A stretch of DNA of 64,000 bases, taken from positions 15,837,974-15,901,973 of the forward strand of contig OZ316899.1 of NCBI GenBank assembly GCA_973895155.1. Direction: 5' to 3'. The DNA comes from Marsupella aquatica (lineage: Eukaryota > Plantae > Marchantiophyta). The notes beneath the pieces were generated by a model that was given only the letters and a program-made list of their open reading frames with translations, was not told where the DNA came from and made no database searches. Made by a program: the position numbers and the translations under genes. Shown here piece after piece: positions 24,501 to 38,000 of this stretch. How positions within the stretch are numbered: the stretch's first letter is position 1; the number at the start of each line of letters is the position of its first letter.

Positions 24501-27500
24501 GAGCAAGTTTAGAGTATCTGCAAAGAATCTTTTAAGATTCTTTGATAGGCGCACGGCTTTGGCATGGCTAAACCCAAGAAGGATCTGGTAATGATGACAA
24601 AGCAAGCACATGTTGGGCTTCCAGGTACTTTTCATTTTCCAACCTTGCTACTTCTGTTATTTTGGCATGTATTTTTTGACATTCTCATGTTTTTTGCTTG
24701 TTAACCTCACGATCGTCGTGAGGTTTGACTACTCTAATGCTTTATTAAAGTTAGAATTTCAAATTTTTTTACTTGATAACCTCATGATCATCGTGAGGTT
24801 TCTACATTTTCTTGCTTGACTAACTAAGATGAGGAAAGTGATTTCTACTTGCCTAACCTCATGATCATCGTGAGGTGAAGGGTCATCATTTCATGGCTTC
24901 ATGAGAGGGTGAAGGACATTTTTTCTTTTCAACCTCACAATGGTGATGATCAAGGTTTCAAATTTTCATGCATGGATAGAGAATAGTAACATCTTTTTTC
25001 TGTGGATCACCTTCAAATATTTGTGAGGATTAGGGTCTTTTTTATGGTTTGGCAATAGGTTCAAGGATATTTTTGCTTGGAAAAGCTCACTATCATTGTG
25101 AAGTTTAGCCATATTTTCATGGTTTGGTGAGAGGTCAAGGAGAGTATCAAGAATATTTTTGTTGGCAGCAAACCTCACAATTGTTGTTTCATTTCATATT
25201 TATTTGCATGGTTTGGTTCAAGGGTTGAGCTCATGTTTTGTCATTTTTATGCTTCCATAGAAATTGTCAAGTTCTATTTTGCTTGCCAAAACCTCACGAT
25301 TACCGTGAGGTTTGCTCATTTCTGCATCATTCCACCTAGTTTATTCTCAAGAATTGGATCTGTTCATTTAATTAATGGACTTCACTTGTTTGTTGTGCAG
25401 ATGATTACCATGAGTTGGACCCAGTATCTGCACCAAAAATTTGTGATAATGATGTATGTTTAACATACAGCTATGACATTGGAGAAGAGTGGGAAATTGA
25501 TATGTACCCTTACGATGGAGAAGTTCAGTTGTGTTTTATTGACATAAAAAAAGATCCACACCGATTGCGACAACACATTGTTGGTCCAATTGCATACTTG
25601 CAAATGCATTCTGAGGATCAAGTAACTGTTCTTGTAGAGAATTACACGGAAAAAAAATGGTATCAGTACTTGCTTGATGCAAATACATATGGAGTGCGGT
25701 TGAATACAACTTGGATTGATGATATGCCAGCCAATGTTATTTCTTTGGCATTCTTTCCTTTGGACTTTAGTTTCAAAGGTAGTTCAGATCAAGGACAACT
25801 TTCACACCAGGAGATTGCATCTGGTTATGCTCGAGTCTTACATTTGCTGAAAAGAAAGAAACATTTCTTGTGTAGGACATTGCAGATGGAGCAGTGCATT
25901 TAGACAAGTGGACTAACCAACATTGATATTGATCCAGCTGTTCTTTTCCATAAGAAATTTGGAAAAGAAACACTCTCCAAATGGATTGACTTGCAAACTT
26001 TGGTTGCAAACAAGGTGAAGGAAGTGCCAAAGTCTTTAGAAGATGACTTGGGAGTAGATATGTCAGAATATGAAGGGGCCAAGGCAGACGAAGAAGCGGT
26101 ACCAATCATTGATCCCAATAGAGAGGCATCTTCACAACAAAGTGAGAAGCTTGATAGTGTAGAGCCTCAAATTCAGAGCATTCTTGGAATTGTCCAACAA
26201 AAGAAGAAACAAGCTACCAAGCTTGTAGTTTCTTAGCCAAAGAGACGACCGCCAACCACCAAGGCACAAAATGTGCAGAGGAAGAGAAAACAGCCACAAG
26301 AAGAGGACAACGTGGAAGAGATTTTTGCACAACAAAGTGAAAGGATTGAGCCCATTGTACTTCAAATAGGAGGCAATGTACAGAGCAAGCCAACAATTGT
26401 GCAACCAAAGAGAAAACCATCAACAAGAAAGAAGTCATTGGGGAAGCAACCAGATAGCAATAGGGATACAGTTGTTGATCTTGTGCAACAAGGAGCACAA
26501 ATCTTACGAGAAGTGGGTGACAATGAAGAGAGTGAGTTACCTGGAGCCAAAGAGATTGAAAAATCTAACAAGATTTTGCAAGAGGTGAAAGATTACTATC
26601 CTTTTGGAATTAGAACACATTTTGGGATTCCGGTGAAGAATATCATGCAACCTCCTGCTACCATGTGTTATAGGAAAATTAACCTTGATCATGTTGATGA
26701 GATAATGACTAGGATGATCTTGCATCCCAAGCAGCAACCTCATCCTGCTGATTTAGTTCCCTACAACCCTCAGACCTTGAAGCCAATGAGTTTTGCAAAA
26801 GATGACATGACTCAATTTCAGAAATTGATGCCAAGGTTAAAGTTCTTTGCTATAAGTGGACAGCACTCTGCACTTGCCGCTCAAAGAATCTGTGAGCATG
26901 CCAAAAAACAACCTGATCTTCGAGAGCTTGCAAATAAATTGCAAGTACGTTCATCTTGCATTTTTAGTGGAGCTACACCAAAAAAGATCTTGCTGGAGTT
27001 CTCTAGTAGCTCAAATGAGATGAACAAGATTTCTGATTATAAATCTCCATTCATTGATAATGTGGAGCATGCAAGAAATCAGTACGCTGATTTTGGTTTT
27101 CCAAAACGGCCTGAGGCGGGACAAACAGCAAGTCCAATTTACAAGGTAAGTTTGCCTTGCATAAAAGGTTTAAGTTTGTTGTACTGTGTTATTTTTCTGA
27201 ATCATGAATGCAATGCCTAAGTAACAACCTCACAATGATCGTGAGGTCAACTACTCATATTGAAAAGATATAGTTTCTTTTGACATGTGCAGGAATTTGA
27301 GCATACAGCAAAAATGACCATGGAGAAGAAACATCTTACTGAAGTACTTGGATACTTTTTGCATCTGAGAAGTTGTATTGTTTGTGGAAGGAAGTGTGTA
27401 ACAAGTGGCTTGAGGGAGAGCTTCCAGATGGACAAGGTATCATCACTGAAAATAAAAAAGAGTCTAAGCTTCTAACAGTTTCAAATTTCCGGAGTTTGGA

Positions 27501-29541
27501 GGGAGGCTTGCAAGATATGATATCATAGCCATTCTCAAAGAGGTCGAACATGGTGGAGTTCTCCTTAAGAAAGATGCTTCTTACAAAGGTGACATGCAAT
27601 CTATGGAAGAGCTTGCCAAAACAACAAAAGTTCTCTCCAAACTGAAGGAGATAATTATTGGGTATTATCAAATCACTTTTTCAGACCATTTTCCTGATAA
27701 ATGTACTTGGAAGGAACTATGTGATAAAATTCCCATTGATGCTAGGGAATTGGATAGATGCAGAGGAGTGGCTGGTACCAAGTACTTGATATCTTGTACT
27801 TCTCGGAATATTGCACGTGAGAAAAATATTCCGCATGGTTTAGTATCAAGACTAAATCAACTATTTTATGATGCGTTCGGTGGAAGCCAGAGAAAGAGAT
27901 TAGAGCCATTTCTAACTTTTTTCACTGACAACTTAATGACAACATGTGAGCCTGGTGCTTTGGAAGAGGCAGCTCCTTTTGTTCCTCTTGCCATTGTGGA
28001 TTTTGGAAAACGAAACCAAAAAGAGTGGTCAGTATCCCAGTTGGAGGTGTTTTTTAAGTACATTGTGGAAACAGCAAAAAATGATGCAATAATGATTGTC
28101 ATTTTTTTATTCCATGGTCATCTTTACTCCAACGTGCTAACTGCACTTTACAATTTGCCCGATATTCACTTACATTTTGAATTTGGATCATTTGAGAGAG
28201 CCGATGGCTACATACATCCTGGGAGGTTTTTCAAAAATGAGCGGGAACAAATAATTATTGCAGGTATGTAAATTTGAAATTTGTGTTTGGGTTTGGGTTT
28301 ATGATACATTGAGAAAACCTCACAATGATCGTGAGGTTTAGAATTATCACTAATTGTAGAATCTAAATTTATTTGAACTTAGTAAGTTTACTGATCATTT
28401 AGTGTTTTTTGGCAACCGTTTCACACAGTGCAAAACAAGATTGGGTTGACATGTTTCCTGAAGGAGATATGAACTACCAATTTGATGAGGAAAATGATCG
28501 AGATTACCTTTCCAAAACTTGGAAGACTAATCCAAAATATATTCCAGTGGATGAGTCTAAAGAAGATCGAGAGGAACGCTTGAGGGAAGAAGCATTCAAG
28601 ACGCTAAAAAATAGAGCTCCTCGTTATTCATTTTTGGATCAACTTGGAGGTTTAGTTAATCCTGATTGCAAGCCTGCTCGTGTGCTCAACAACATCATTC
28701 ATAAATTTTCTGCACGTGGCGCTACAATTTTTGATTTCTTTTCTGGAGGATCAGTTTAAAAAAGTGCATTCGAGCTTGGAAGAGAATGCTTTGTGTATTC
28801 AGACTCAAAAAAAGAGTCTGAATTCTTGAAATTATATCCAAATATTTTGAGAACAATTCCTGGAGTTAACAAATTTTGGGAGAAGGTTGGAAAGATCAAT
28901 CGTGGTTATCCTCCTGAAGATTCAGAAGTTATTGTTGAGTATGCAATTATTGACGATAATGACGAAGATGAAGATCTTTCTAGATTTGAGGAAGGGTCGC
29001 CTGTTGTTGGTATTCCACGGGATAATCAACATCAAGCTTCTGTTTTGATTGAAAAAATCTTACAATCTTCAAGTTTGAACAAATCTTCATCAACAATGAG
29101 AAGCCAAAATGATTTGATTAACCTTGCAAGTCCTTCACAGGTAAACATCTATTCTTCATTTTATTTGTAGTTTACTTATGAGGTATTTATATATATGTGA
29201 ATATAATCTTATGTTGGAATTGTTGGGTCAAAATAGACCAATGCTTGCAGGAATGAAGAAATTACAAGTATTGTTGAAACTGAGACTATGAAGGTAGTCG
29301 AAATAGAGATGGAGGATATCAAATTAGGCCAGGCAGGTTCTTCTCAAAATGAGAATACTGGAAATTAAATACTTTATGTACCAAGTAGCAACTTATATTA
29401 GATGCTAATTTGAATTCAAGCATGGATCATGCTTGCCATTTGAGAAACATGCTCATCTCCTTGAAAAGACAAGTATATATATGTACTTTTTATTGACTTC
29501 AGATTTTTCACTGATGCAAACCTCATGATTATCGTGAGGTT
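21583..29541. repeat. Dispersed 23-bp palindrome AACCTCACGAT-N-ATCGTGAGGTT, ~10 copies
   Basis: Copies start at 21583, 21921, 22173, 24703, 24778, 24855, 25290, 27226, 28316 and 29519; degenerate or half sites at 24931 and 25171. All are non-coding or intronic. Confidence 0.92.
22789..23917. promoter_or_regulatory. Probable divergent promoter region with short direct duplications
   Basis: Lies between the two divergent genes. Contains ctcattggccc(c)ag.tttggaggga x2, tttgttgaggcccta x2, a ~56-bp unit x2 (23757-23870) and tactgctggcacgccct x2. Confidence 0.45.
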
Positions 29542-30326
29542 TATGAGTGATATTTGTACCCCAAATATGTACACAAAAAGCTTGTATTTAAAAAATGCTA
29601 ATACGATTGTTCCTTTGAATGATTGTATCAGCCAACTATTATAAGCATTTCTCACAATGAAATGTCACCACTTGACAATTTACAAGAAGAAGTAGGACAA
29701 AATGATTCATATTCAGAAACAAGAGTACCTGGAATTGCATCTATTGAGTCACCCCTTTGGAGTGATTCTTCATCTGAAGAAGGATTGCCTGCTGGAATAT
29801 TTCCATTAGCACCAAAAGGTAAAGATTTTGTTATCTTTTATCTGTGTTCATATTTATATAGGATTTTGAAATTAGTTGTTGTACATTTATTTTACAAAGT
29901 TCTAATTTATTTGTAATTGCATTTGTAACAGGTCAACACGATCTTGATCCATGTCACGTTTGGTCTTACCTGCCAGAAAATATAGCCCGAGATCGTAAAT
30001 TACTAATTTTTGATCTTAGTGGTTTATTTTTCCGATCGCAATATCTCGGAAAAACAATATGCACCAAGTCAATATCAACGGCAACTGTGCACACATGGCG
30101 TGGTAACATGTGGACAATAAGACCACAAATTCATGAATTTTTGCAAAAGTGTTTCTCAAAGTTTGACATAGGAATATGGAGTTGTGGAACTGATCAAGAA
30201 GTCCAGATTCAAGTCAAGACTATCTTTGGACCCGAAGAAATTAAAAAAGTTCTTTTTATCAAAAATCAACATCATGTTCAAGAAGGGCTCAAGAATAGCA
30301 AAGGTGGACCTGTGTTTTTGAAGAAC
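25401..30326 (+). pseudogene. Multi-exon gene: ParB/Srx-like domain + N6A/N4C (beta-class) DNA methyltransferase-like domain + start of an FCP1/SCP-like HAD phosphatase
   Basis: ORFs at 25415, 25991 and 26273 share one frame with two TAGs. ParB-like YRKINLDHVDEI..P..FFAISGQHSALAA. MTase-like NPDCKPARVLNNIIHKFSARGATIFDFFSGGSV*KSAFELGRECFVYSD. FCP1-like LLIFDLSG..IRPQIHEFLQKCFSKFDIGIWS. GT-AG introns start at 27146, 28264, 29141 and ~29819. Confidence 0.75.
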
Positions 30327-31170
30327 CACTAGAAGAATCCGAGGTGAACTGAGACCGCAATATGTGACTCATTTTGGCTCATGTGACTTCATTGTGACTC
30401 AACGTGACTTGACCCACGCTGTGACCCTTGGAGTTGCAAAAGTTGAGACCAAAAAATGGTAGTCACTATTGATACTGGGCTTTGCAACTTGCTTGATACC
30501 CATTTGTGACTGATCTGTGACTTTATTGTGGAGTCTAGCCTTGTTTCGACGTGACTGCAATATGACTTCAGCGAGTCACATCGTAAGTCACATGCATGAC
30601 TTACCCGCATTCAACAACGACTAGTGTGTGACCATTTAGTGTCACAGGAGAGACCAATGGAGACCCTGGCCCGCGTCACACAACAGAACCATTTGGGACT
30701 CTATATACTCATGTTTATAACTAATAAGGTTCACATGCAAGTTATAACCATGACTAATGAACACAGAGGGACAGTTCATAAGGAGAGAGAGCACTCGACA
30801 TTACAATACATAGAAACCTGATGTTCTAACTTTAGAAATATAACACATTCAATACAAGAAATGAACATAGCATGAATGACATCCACATGAAACAAAGCAG
30901 ATCCTACATAAAACATTCATAAGAATTAAACACAATCACAATCTTGCTAAAAAATGAAGATCATTTGAATTCCAATGGAATAGTTTACAATGTGATCAAT
31001 GTAATTCAGACAAAACAGGAACTCATAATTGATGACTGCAGGATGAGATAACTGAAAGCACATGCATGATACTATGAATCTCCAAGAGGACATGATTCTT
31101 GTACTGCTTCTTGACATCTAAAATCTACATAACATGACTCACACTACAAACAAATAATGACATGACATTG

Positions 31171-34100
31171 TTATGGATCCTCTATGAACCTGCTTGGCCA
31201 TAATACCAAAGAACCTGCAGCATCTCCAAGTGTCTTTTGAGGAGGATCATCATTTGTGTTTGGAATGGGAAGGACAGCTTTAGGTTTCACTAGTAATGTG
31301 ACTAACACTACTGAATAACCTGGGGGAATCCTCTTGCCATGGAACGTTGTGGAACCAACCTGCACTCTGCCAAATCCTACTCGTGTTCCACTCTCATCAA
31401 GAGCTAACAAGCCACTTTGTCCCTCAGCATTAGGTGCTTTCCCCACTTCCACCTTAGATCTTTCTGCCAGCACCGTTCTTGGAGGTTTGTATGAAACCTT
31501 TGACGTGGCTCTGCTCCCACCAGCAGACTTGCTTCGTGTGCGCATGCTTCCTCTCTTCACAGTAGTGAAGCTAGGCTCAGTAGTTTCCTCTGTTAGGACT
31601 GTCACAGTAGCAGGTTCATCACCTGGGAGTGTCATACCAACTAACTCTTTGGTTGGATTTATCTCAACAAGAGGCACACCTGTCATTGAGAATGATACAT
31701 TCTGCAAATCATTTATCTCTGCAATGGAGTCAAGATCTACATAGCATGAATCTGGCTCAATGGTATCATTGTCATGCTTGCTGATATCCTCATTTGCCCC
31801 AACATTGATATCATCCACTCCCTTGCCAATGTCATCCTCATCCAAACATGGTTGACTGCCCTCTGTCAAACAAGTTGCTTGTACAGACTGCAACTTTGTT
31901 GCCTCTAAATTACAGCGAGTATTTGCCAGGTTCTCATACTTCTTCTCTGTAGCACCTGTCTTATTCTCTATGGACACATCAACCACAATATATGTTACTG
32001 AAAATAACACATTCAACAAACAATGTCAATTCAAACTATACATTTAATAATCATATCCCACACAGTTGTAAAGGCCTTACCTTCAAGCCTACATGTCGTT
32101 GGCATGCCAGAAGAGTGCATCAACTTTGCCACCTCAAGTGGTGATGGTGGAACTCCTGCAGAATTGGAATCAATTTTATCTCTCACCGACACAACAGCTT
32201 CCATTAATGTCTTGAAGTTCACATGGAACAAGTCAGTCAATGAATTCAAACGTTCATTGATCTCTGGAAGACATGTTTCGACAGCCTTCAAACGACCACT
32301 TATCTCTGTAAGTGAAGATCCACCTCCCTACATGACACAGGGGTATAGGTTCAATCACTCCATATGAAATGTTGGGCAATATATGCACAATCAATGTTAT
32401 ATACAGTGTACACCTGAAATTCAACGCAGGTCATTCAATTACCAATCAGAACTCATATAACTTACATGCTTGGAGGATTCAGATGCACCCTCTTGAGCCC
32501 GGGTGTTCACAATTTCAGCCCTCAACTCTTCTTTTGAAGGGCTTTGCCCCAATTGGGCTTTCTGCACATGCATGGCAAACACAAGTTATCGATCAGTATT
32601 CAGGGAACGTACACTAAAAAACAAAGTTTACATGTATGGGTTTACACTAAAAAACAGTACATAGTGTAGCATAAATTACATAGCTAGGCCATTCATTCTT
32701 ACCAAACGTTTAGCTGTCGGTGCAATGCCGGTCCTTCCTGTCAGATTAGGGTTCTGAACACTCAACCTGGCCTCGGTCATCTGTGAACTCTTCTTTTTTG
32801 AAGCATCTGTTACAAAATAAGCTACTAACCTTGCCCACACTTTATCATCACAACTGGCTGGTGGAGGCATATCTGGCTTCTCCCCACCTTCCTTCCAAGC
32901 CTTATGCATTCTCCACCTCTCTTGCTTGATGATTTTACCTGCTGTACTCTCTAGGCAACCTATGTCCACGCCATCATCACTGCCCACATAATTCCATTTG
33001 GCAGCAACATTTTCACATACAGTCTTCCAATCTTTTGGATGCTGTTTTTTAAAATTAATAACACTCACATCTAACCAACGCAATACTTCAGCTTTCAAAT
33101 CAGCATGCCATCGGTTCTTGCGAGGACACTCAGCATCCACCCATTGTCTCTCATTCAACTTTACGTTCCCTTTCTTTGTCACCTCCCCTCGTGCACTGCT
33201 CTCGGTAGTACTGGGCGTTGTATTGGCCACCCCTTCATTCACCCTACCTGGGGTTCTGAAGCCACCTGGGAAAATACAATGCCATTCATGCTTGAGAACT
33301 ACATATAGCAGAATGGATGACGACAACATTCAATGCTTCACTTCAAGAAAAATTCTTCAAACATACATACCTGTAGCTCTGCCTGTAGATGCCTGTGCAG
33401 GGACTGCACTCTGAAATTGTTGCGACCCTGGACCACCTGTCCAGCCTAGTACAGGGGCCGGATGATGTCACTTTCTAGGTATGTGTGTGCAAACATATGT
33501 ACTGAAAACTAAGTACAAACTGTAGGAAAAAAACTGAACATTCACCAACATACCTGTCCCCCTTCCGTGCTGCATCTGCATAGGGGCATTAGTGAATACT
33601 TGAGTCGATGGTTCGACTGTCCAACCTGCACACATACATTTTCTATCATTATACATGTGCAGAGTCCCCCCCACGTGAATGGACTCCAGATATAATGAGT
33701 TCTTCCATTGCTGACAAGATCAGACATTACCTGCCCCTCTTCCAGCGTTTGTAGGTACTGAATTTTGATATCCCTGCCAATTACCTTCACCACCTTCCCA
33801 ACCTTGTTCATTCCACGACCCACCACCATCCTCCCAACCTGGTTCAACCCATGTCTGTCCTTGTGGACATTGGAACTGATCATTACTAGCATTTGCCCAA
33901 TCAGGTTGGGCAGAATCTGCATGCAATGGCAGGTGGACAGAATTTCATGTTGTCTGAATCCAATACATCCCAAACAATGTCAAAAATTGATATGCAGTCT
34001 GAAATTCAGGAGTGCCATGCCTTCACAAAGAACTGGCATATAGATATATACTCACATCCCCATGGTTGAGGTGGACGTCCATACCCACGAGATTGTGGGT

Positions 34101-34880
34101 TTGGACCTGCTCTGCCTCTACCACGGGCATAACCTAGAGCTTGCCCCCTGCCATAGTATTGGGCACCAGCCTGGGATCTACCACTACTACCACCTCGCCA
34201 ACCTTGATCAGAGGTCAGCCCCCCCTGCTGGTATGGTGCATGCACAGGCTTCGAAGGCAAAACAGAACTGGCAGGACGCTGCATCACATCACCAACTACA
34301 ATGTCAGGAACTAAGCAAGGTACATATGTGTAGTACTGAACATATGAAACCTCTAAACAAGAGTTTTTAACTCAAAACCTTGTTGGGAAAACTACTTACC
34401 TGTTTCTTTTGGGGCTGCTCTGCAATGTATTCATCTTCATAACCCCCATCCTCATCCATTTCCTCTGGAAAATACTCATCATCTGCATCTTCTTGTCTAG
34501 TGTCTGCACCCACCTGTGCAGCATCAATGTCATCTCCACATTCTGCCATTGTAGGTACGACCTTCTTGCTCAACCTGTCACTCCGACGCACAGGCCCAGA
34601 GATAGTGTTGGTCACCCTTCTTGCGTACTCCTTTTGTTTCTTTGAAAATGCTGTGGCTCTGCGACATTCCAATATGAGAATACAGTCACAATTTCAGTGC
34701 CACATTGAACTATTCATGTCACACAAACTCAGCGGAGGGGTGTAGTTGAGAATCGTTCCCTTACAATTCAGCCACATCCTTTTCCAGATCCAGTTCTGCG
34801 ATTTTGGCTTTCACGTATGCTCGTTGTTCCATAGCTTTCCTTTCATACTCACACATCTCTGTGTCACTCTGTTCCATCCT
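31171..34880 (-). CDS. Multi-exon TnpA-like CACTA protein with a C-terminal Tnp1/DUF8039-like domain (exon limits approximate)
   Basis: Series of minus-strand exons with GT-AG borders. Last exon ends RVGFGRV..TFHGKRIPPGYSVVLV..AVLPIP..TLGDAAGSLVLWP. Confidence 0.65.
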
Positions 34881-35033
34881 ACTGGACCACAAAAACATGT
34901 CATCTATGATCACCCCGTATAACACAATGCAACCACAATCACCAAGCATCCATCCATACATCTGTGTTGCTTCAGAATTACTTTATTACACATCCTTCCC
35001 CTCACTAATGTCCATGCAAACAATTCACATTAC

Positions 35034-38000
35034 TCATGGCACAGGCACACTGTTGGCATCTGCATCTCTAAATTCGCCTCCTTCAGCAAATGCATCTACC
35101 CTTGTCACAGGAATGAAGTCCCCGCTATCATGAACTACAGGCACTTGGTCTGAACGCCGACGATCAAAGGCACTATGAGAGTGTAAATGAAACTCAAGGT
35201 TTGATCCTTCCATCCGACGTTGCCTGGCCTGTTTATGACACACTACACGCCAACCTGGGGAGTCTTCCACATCCAGGAAGAAAGCTTGCTCCACCTGACT
35301 AGGAAACACAAATGGCTCAGACCATTCGGGCAATTTCCCTCTGAAATTGGCTAGCAAGAAACCGTCGTTGTCTCTCTTCATGGTAGCCCTGTTACCAAGC
35401 CAATCCTGCCGCACCCATGAACCTTTCATAAGAATCATAGGACTGGACACCGCCCCATAGTCCAGAGCCCATATGTCAACTAATTCTCCCACATATCCCA
35501 TCTCCATCCAGGCCCTGTCGTGATTGTGGCTCTGTTGCTCAAATACAGTGATGAGCCCGCAGTCATTCGTCACCCTGTAGGCACTGTCACCATCCTTCAC
35601 TCGAAAGTGATTCCCATATGCTCTCATCCGTTTGTAAGTCTTCACTTTTAGGCTAGGGGCATTAGACAGTAGGTAAACATCTGCATCCATGTTTGGGTGG
35701 GTCTCGTGATGCTCTCTAATTGCCACTCTGATCCACTCCATGAAACCTGGAAAAGTTGTTCCTGCAGTGGGATGGGCCGCCTTCAATGACTCATACTCCC
35801 TGAACGAACAACCACACAGCATTAGCTTGGGTAAACATGGACAGGCTGAAGGAGAAAACCACACGAACACAACATTTAAGCTCATGAACTGGATTATAGC
35901 ACATGTATGCACTCACTGTATCCAGGGTTCCATCACCACAGTGTTGTGCAATACAAAGTCATGTGCCAAGTCTCTCATAGATATGGTCAGGTTCTTTGTG
36001 GTTGCAGCCCCTTCCAGTACTTCACCTATCACCCCTTCCTCCTCATCAGAATTCCACACCCTGGTCTTCACATGCTCATATTGTGCTATGTATTCGGTCA
36101 GAAATCCTAGAGTCTCATCCTTGATGTAACCTTTAGCCATGCTTGCTTCAGGTTTGTAATATGTTCTCACGTGATCTTTGAGTAGCTTCATGTACCATTC
36201 CAAAGGGTACAACCAACGAGCACTCACAGGCCCAAATTGGTGTAGCTCTTCCACAACATGGACAAGTAGGTGGGTCATGACATCAAAAAATGCGGGAGGA
36301 AAATAAATCTCTAGGTCACACAGCACCTGAGCGACATCTTCTGTCAGTTGTGGGAAGTGTGTTTCATCCCAAACCTTCACACAAATACGACGAAACACAT
36401 CACTGAGTCGCATGATCACAGTACGAACAGGCTTCTGCAACAGGCCCCTCAGGCATAAAGGCAACACCTGTTGCATCAACATATGGTAGTCATGGCTTTT
36501 CATACTACCAAGCTTTCTAGTCATGATATGCTTCTTGAAAGCACTGCCATAGTTTGAAGGAACCTTCAAAGAACTCAACCTCTGCACAAATAGTTCCCAC
36601 TCTGTGTCTGTCAGAACATAGGGCGCTTGGTACTTCAAGAGCACATCAGCTCTGTGGGCATGTGGCCTCAACCAAAGATGGGGTTTCATTCCCCTCTGTT
36701 CAAGATCCAATCTCACTGAACCAATGTCTTTCTCTCCACACAAGAATCTGAGTAGACTCTCACAAATATTCTTTTCAATGTGCATAACATCAATGTTATG
36801 TTTGCTTGGCTCAAACTCCTGCATCGTTGCAATGCAAAAGCGTCAGGAAATGCCTCAAGTTTAGTCTCTCTCTTCGAAATGAATGCACATGCTCTGAACC
36901 AAAACATGTATCCCAATTAGCATCAACTCCAAGAGGCTTACCCTCCAGTACTTGAGCTCCAAGTCCAATATGCTCAGTCTTTTTACACCATATCGCTTTA
37001 TTGGATCACTCACTCCATCTTCCCTGCCCCCTCGTTTGATATAGTCATCCCTCAGTGCTCCCCACTGCCTGATCTCCTCTTTGGTCACTCGTGCCGGGGG
37101 TCCACGTTGCTCAATCTCATTGCCAAAGTGTGCAATCAGTGCCTGTCTTTCTCTGTAAGGGTGATCTGCCTTCAGAAAACGACGATGGCCCATGTATATC
37201 ACTTTCTGCAGGGCTCTGGAGTACTCACTCGTGACATTGCGCCCACAGATAGTACAAGCACAATATCCTTTTGTTGTTTGGCCTGATATCATCCCATGGG
37301 CTGGGTAGTCAGCTATAGTCAGAATGACAATGGCTCTAAGGATGAATGGGTTTAACCTCCCAAGCCTCTGTAGGACATCATATGTGAGAACTCCTTCCTC
37401 CCAAAGCTTTCTCAATTCCTCCACTAGGGGAGCCAGAAACACATCTATGTTGGCAGATACAGCACTGTCTGGCCCTGGTATCAGTAGGACCATCAGAACA
37501 AAAAATCGCTTTGTAGTCATCCAAGGAGGAAGGTTATAATTCAAAATAGTTACAGGCCAGCACGAAAATTTGTTGTTCTTGTCTCCAAATGGGTTTACCC
37601 CATCCAATGACAGCCCAAGTCTGACATTCCTCAGCTCAGCAGCAAATTCGGGATACATCTCATCTATGAGTTTCCATTGCCTTGAATCTGCAGCATGTCG
37701 TTGTAGCCCATCATCACTTTTCTTGTCAGTTGCCCAAGTCATCATCTCCGAGATGGCACGGCTTCTGAACATCCGCTGAAGTCTGGGAATGAGTGGAAAA
37801 TGACGAAGTACCTTGGCGGGAACCATAGACTTTCCTGAGTTCCGATACCTATGCTTCCCACACTTAGGGCATGTCAACGATTCTTTATACTCCTTTCTGA
37901 AAAGAACATGCCCATCAGGACAGGCATGGATTGAATCATAGTTCAATCCAAGATTAGATATGCATCTTTTTGCCTCGTACATGTTCTTGGGCAAAATATT

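Noticed and set aside
24703-24877. Three palindromic repeats about 75 bp apart that resemble a CRISPR array
   Set aside because: Eukaryotic intronic context, no cas genes, and the other copies are irregularly dispersed over 8 kb.
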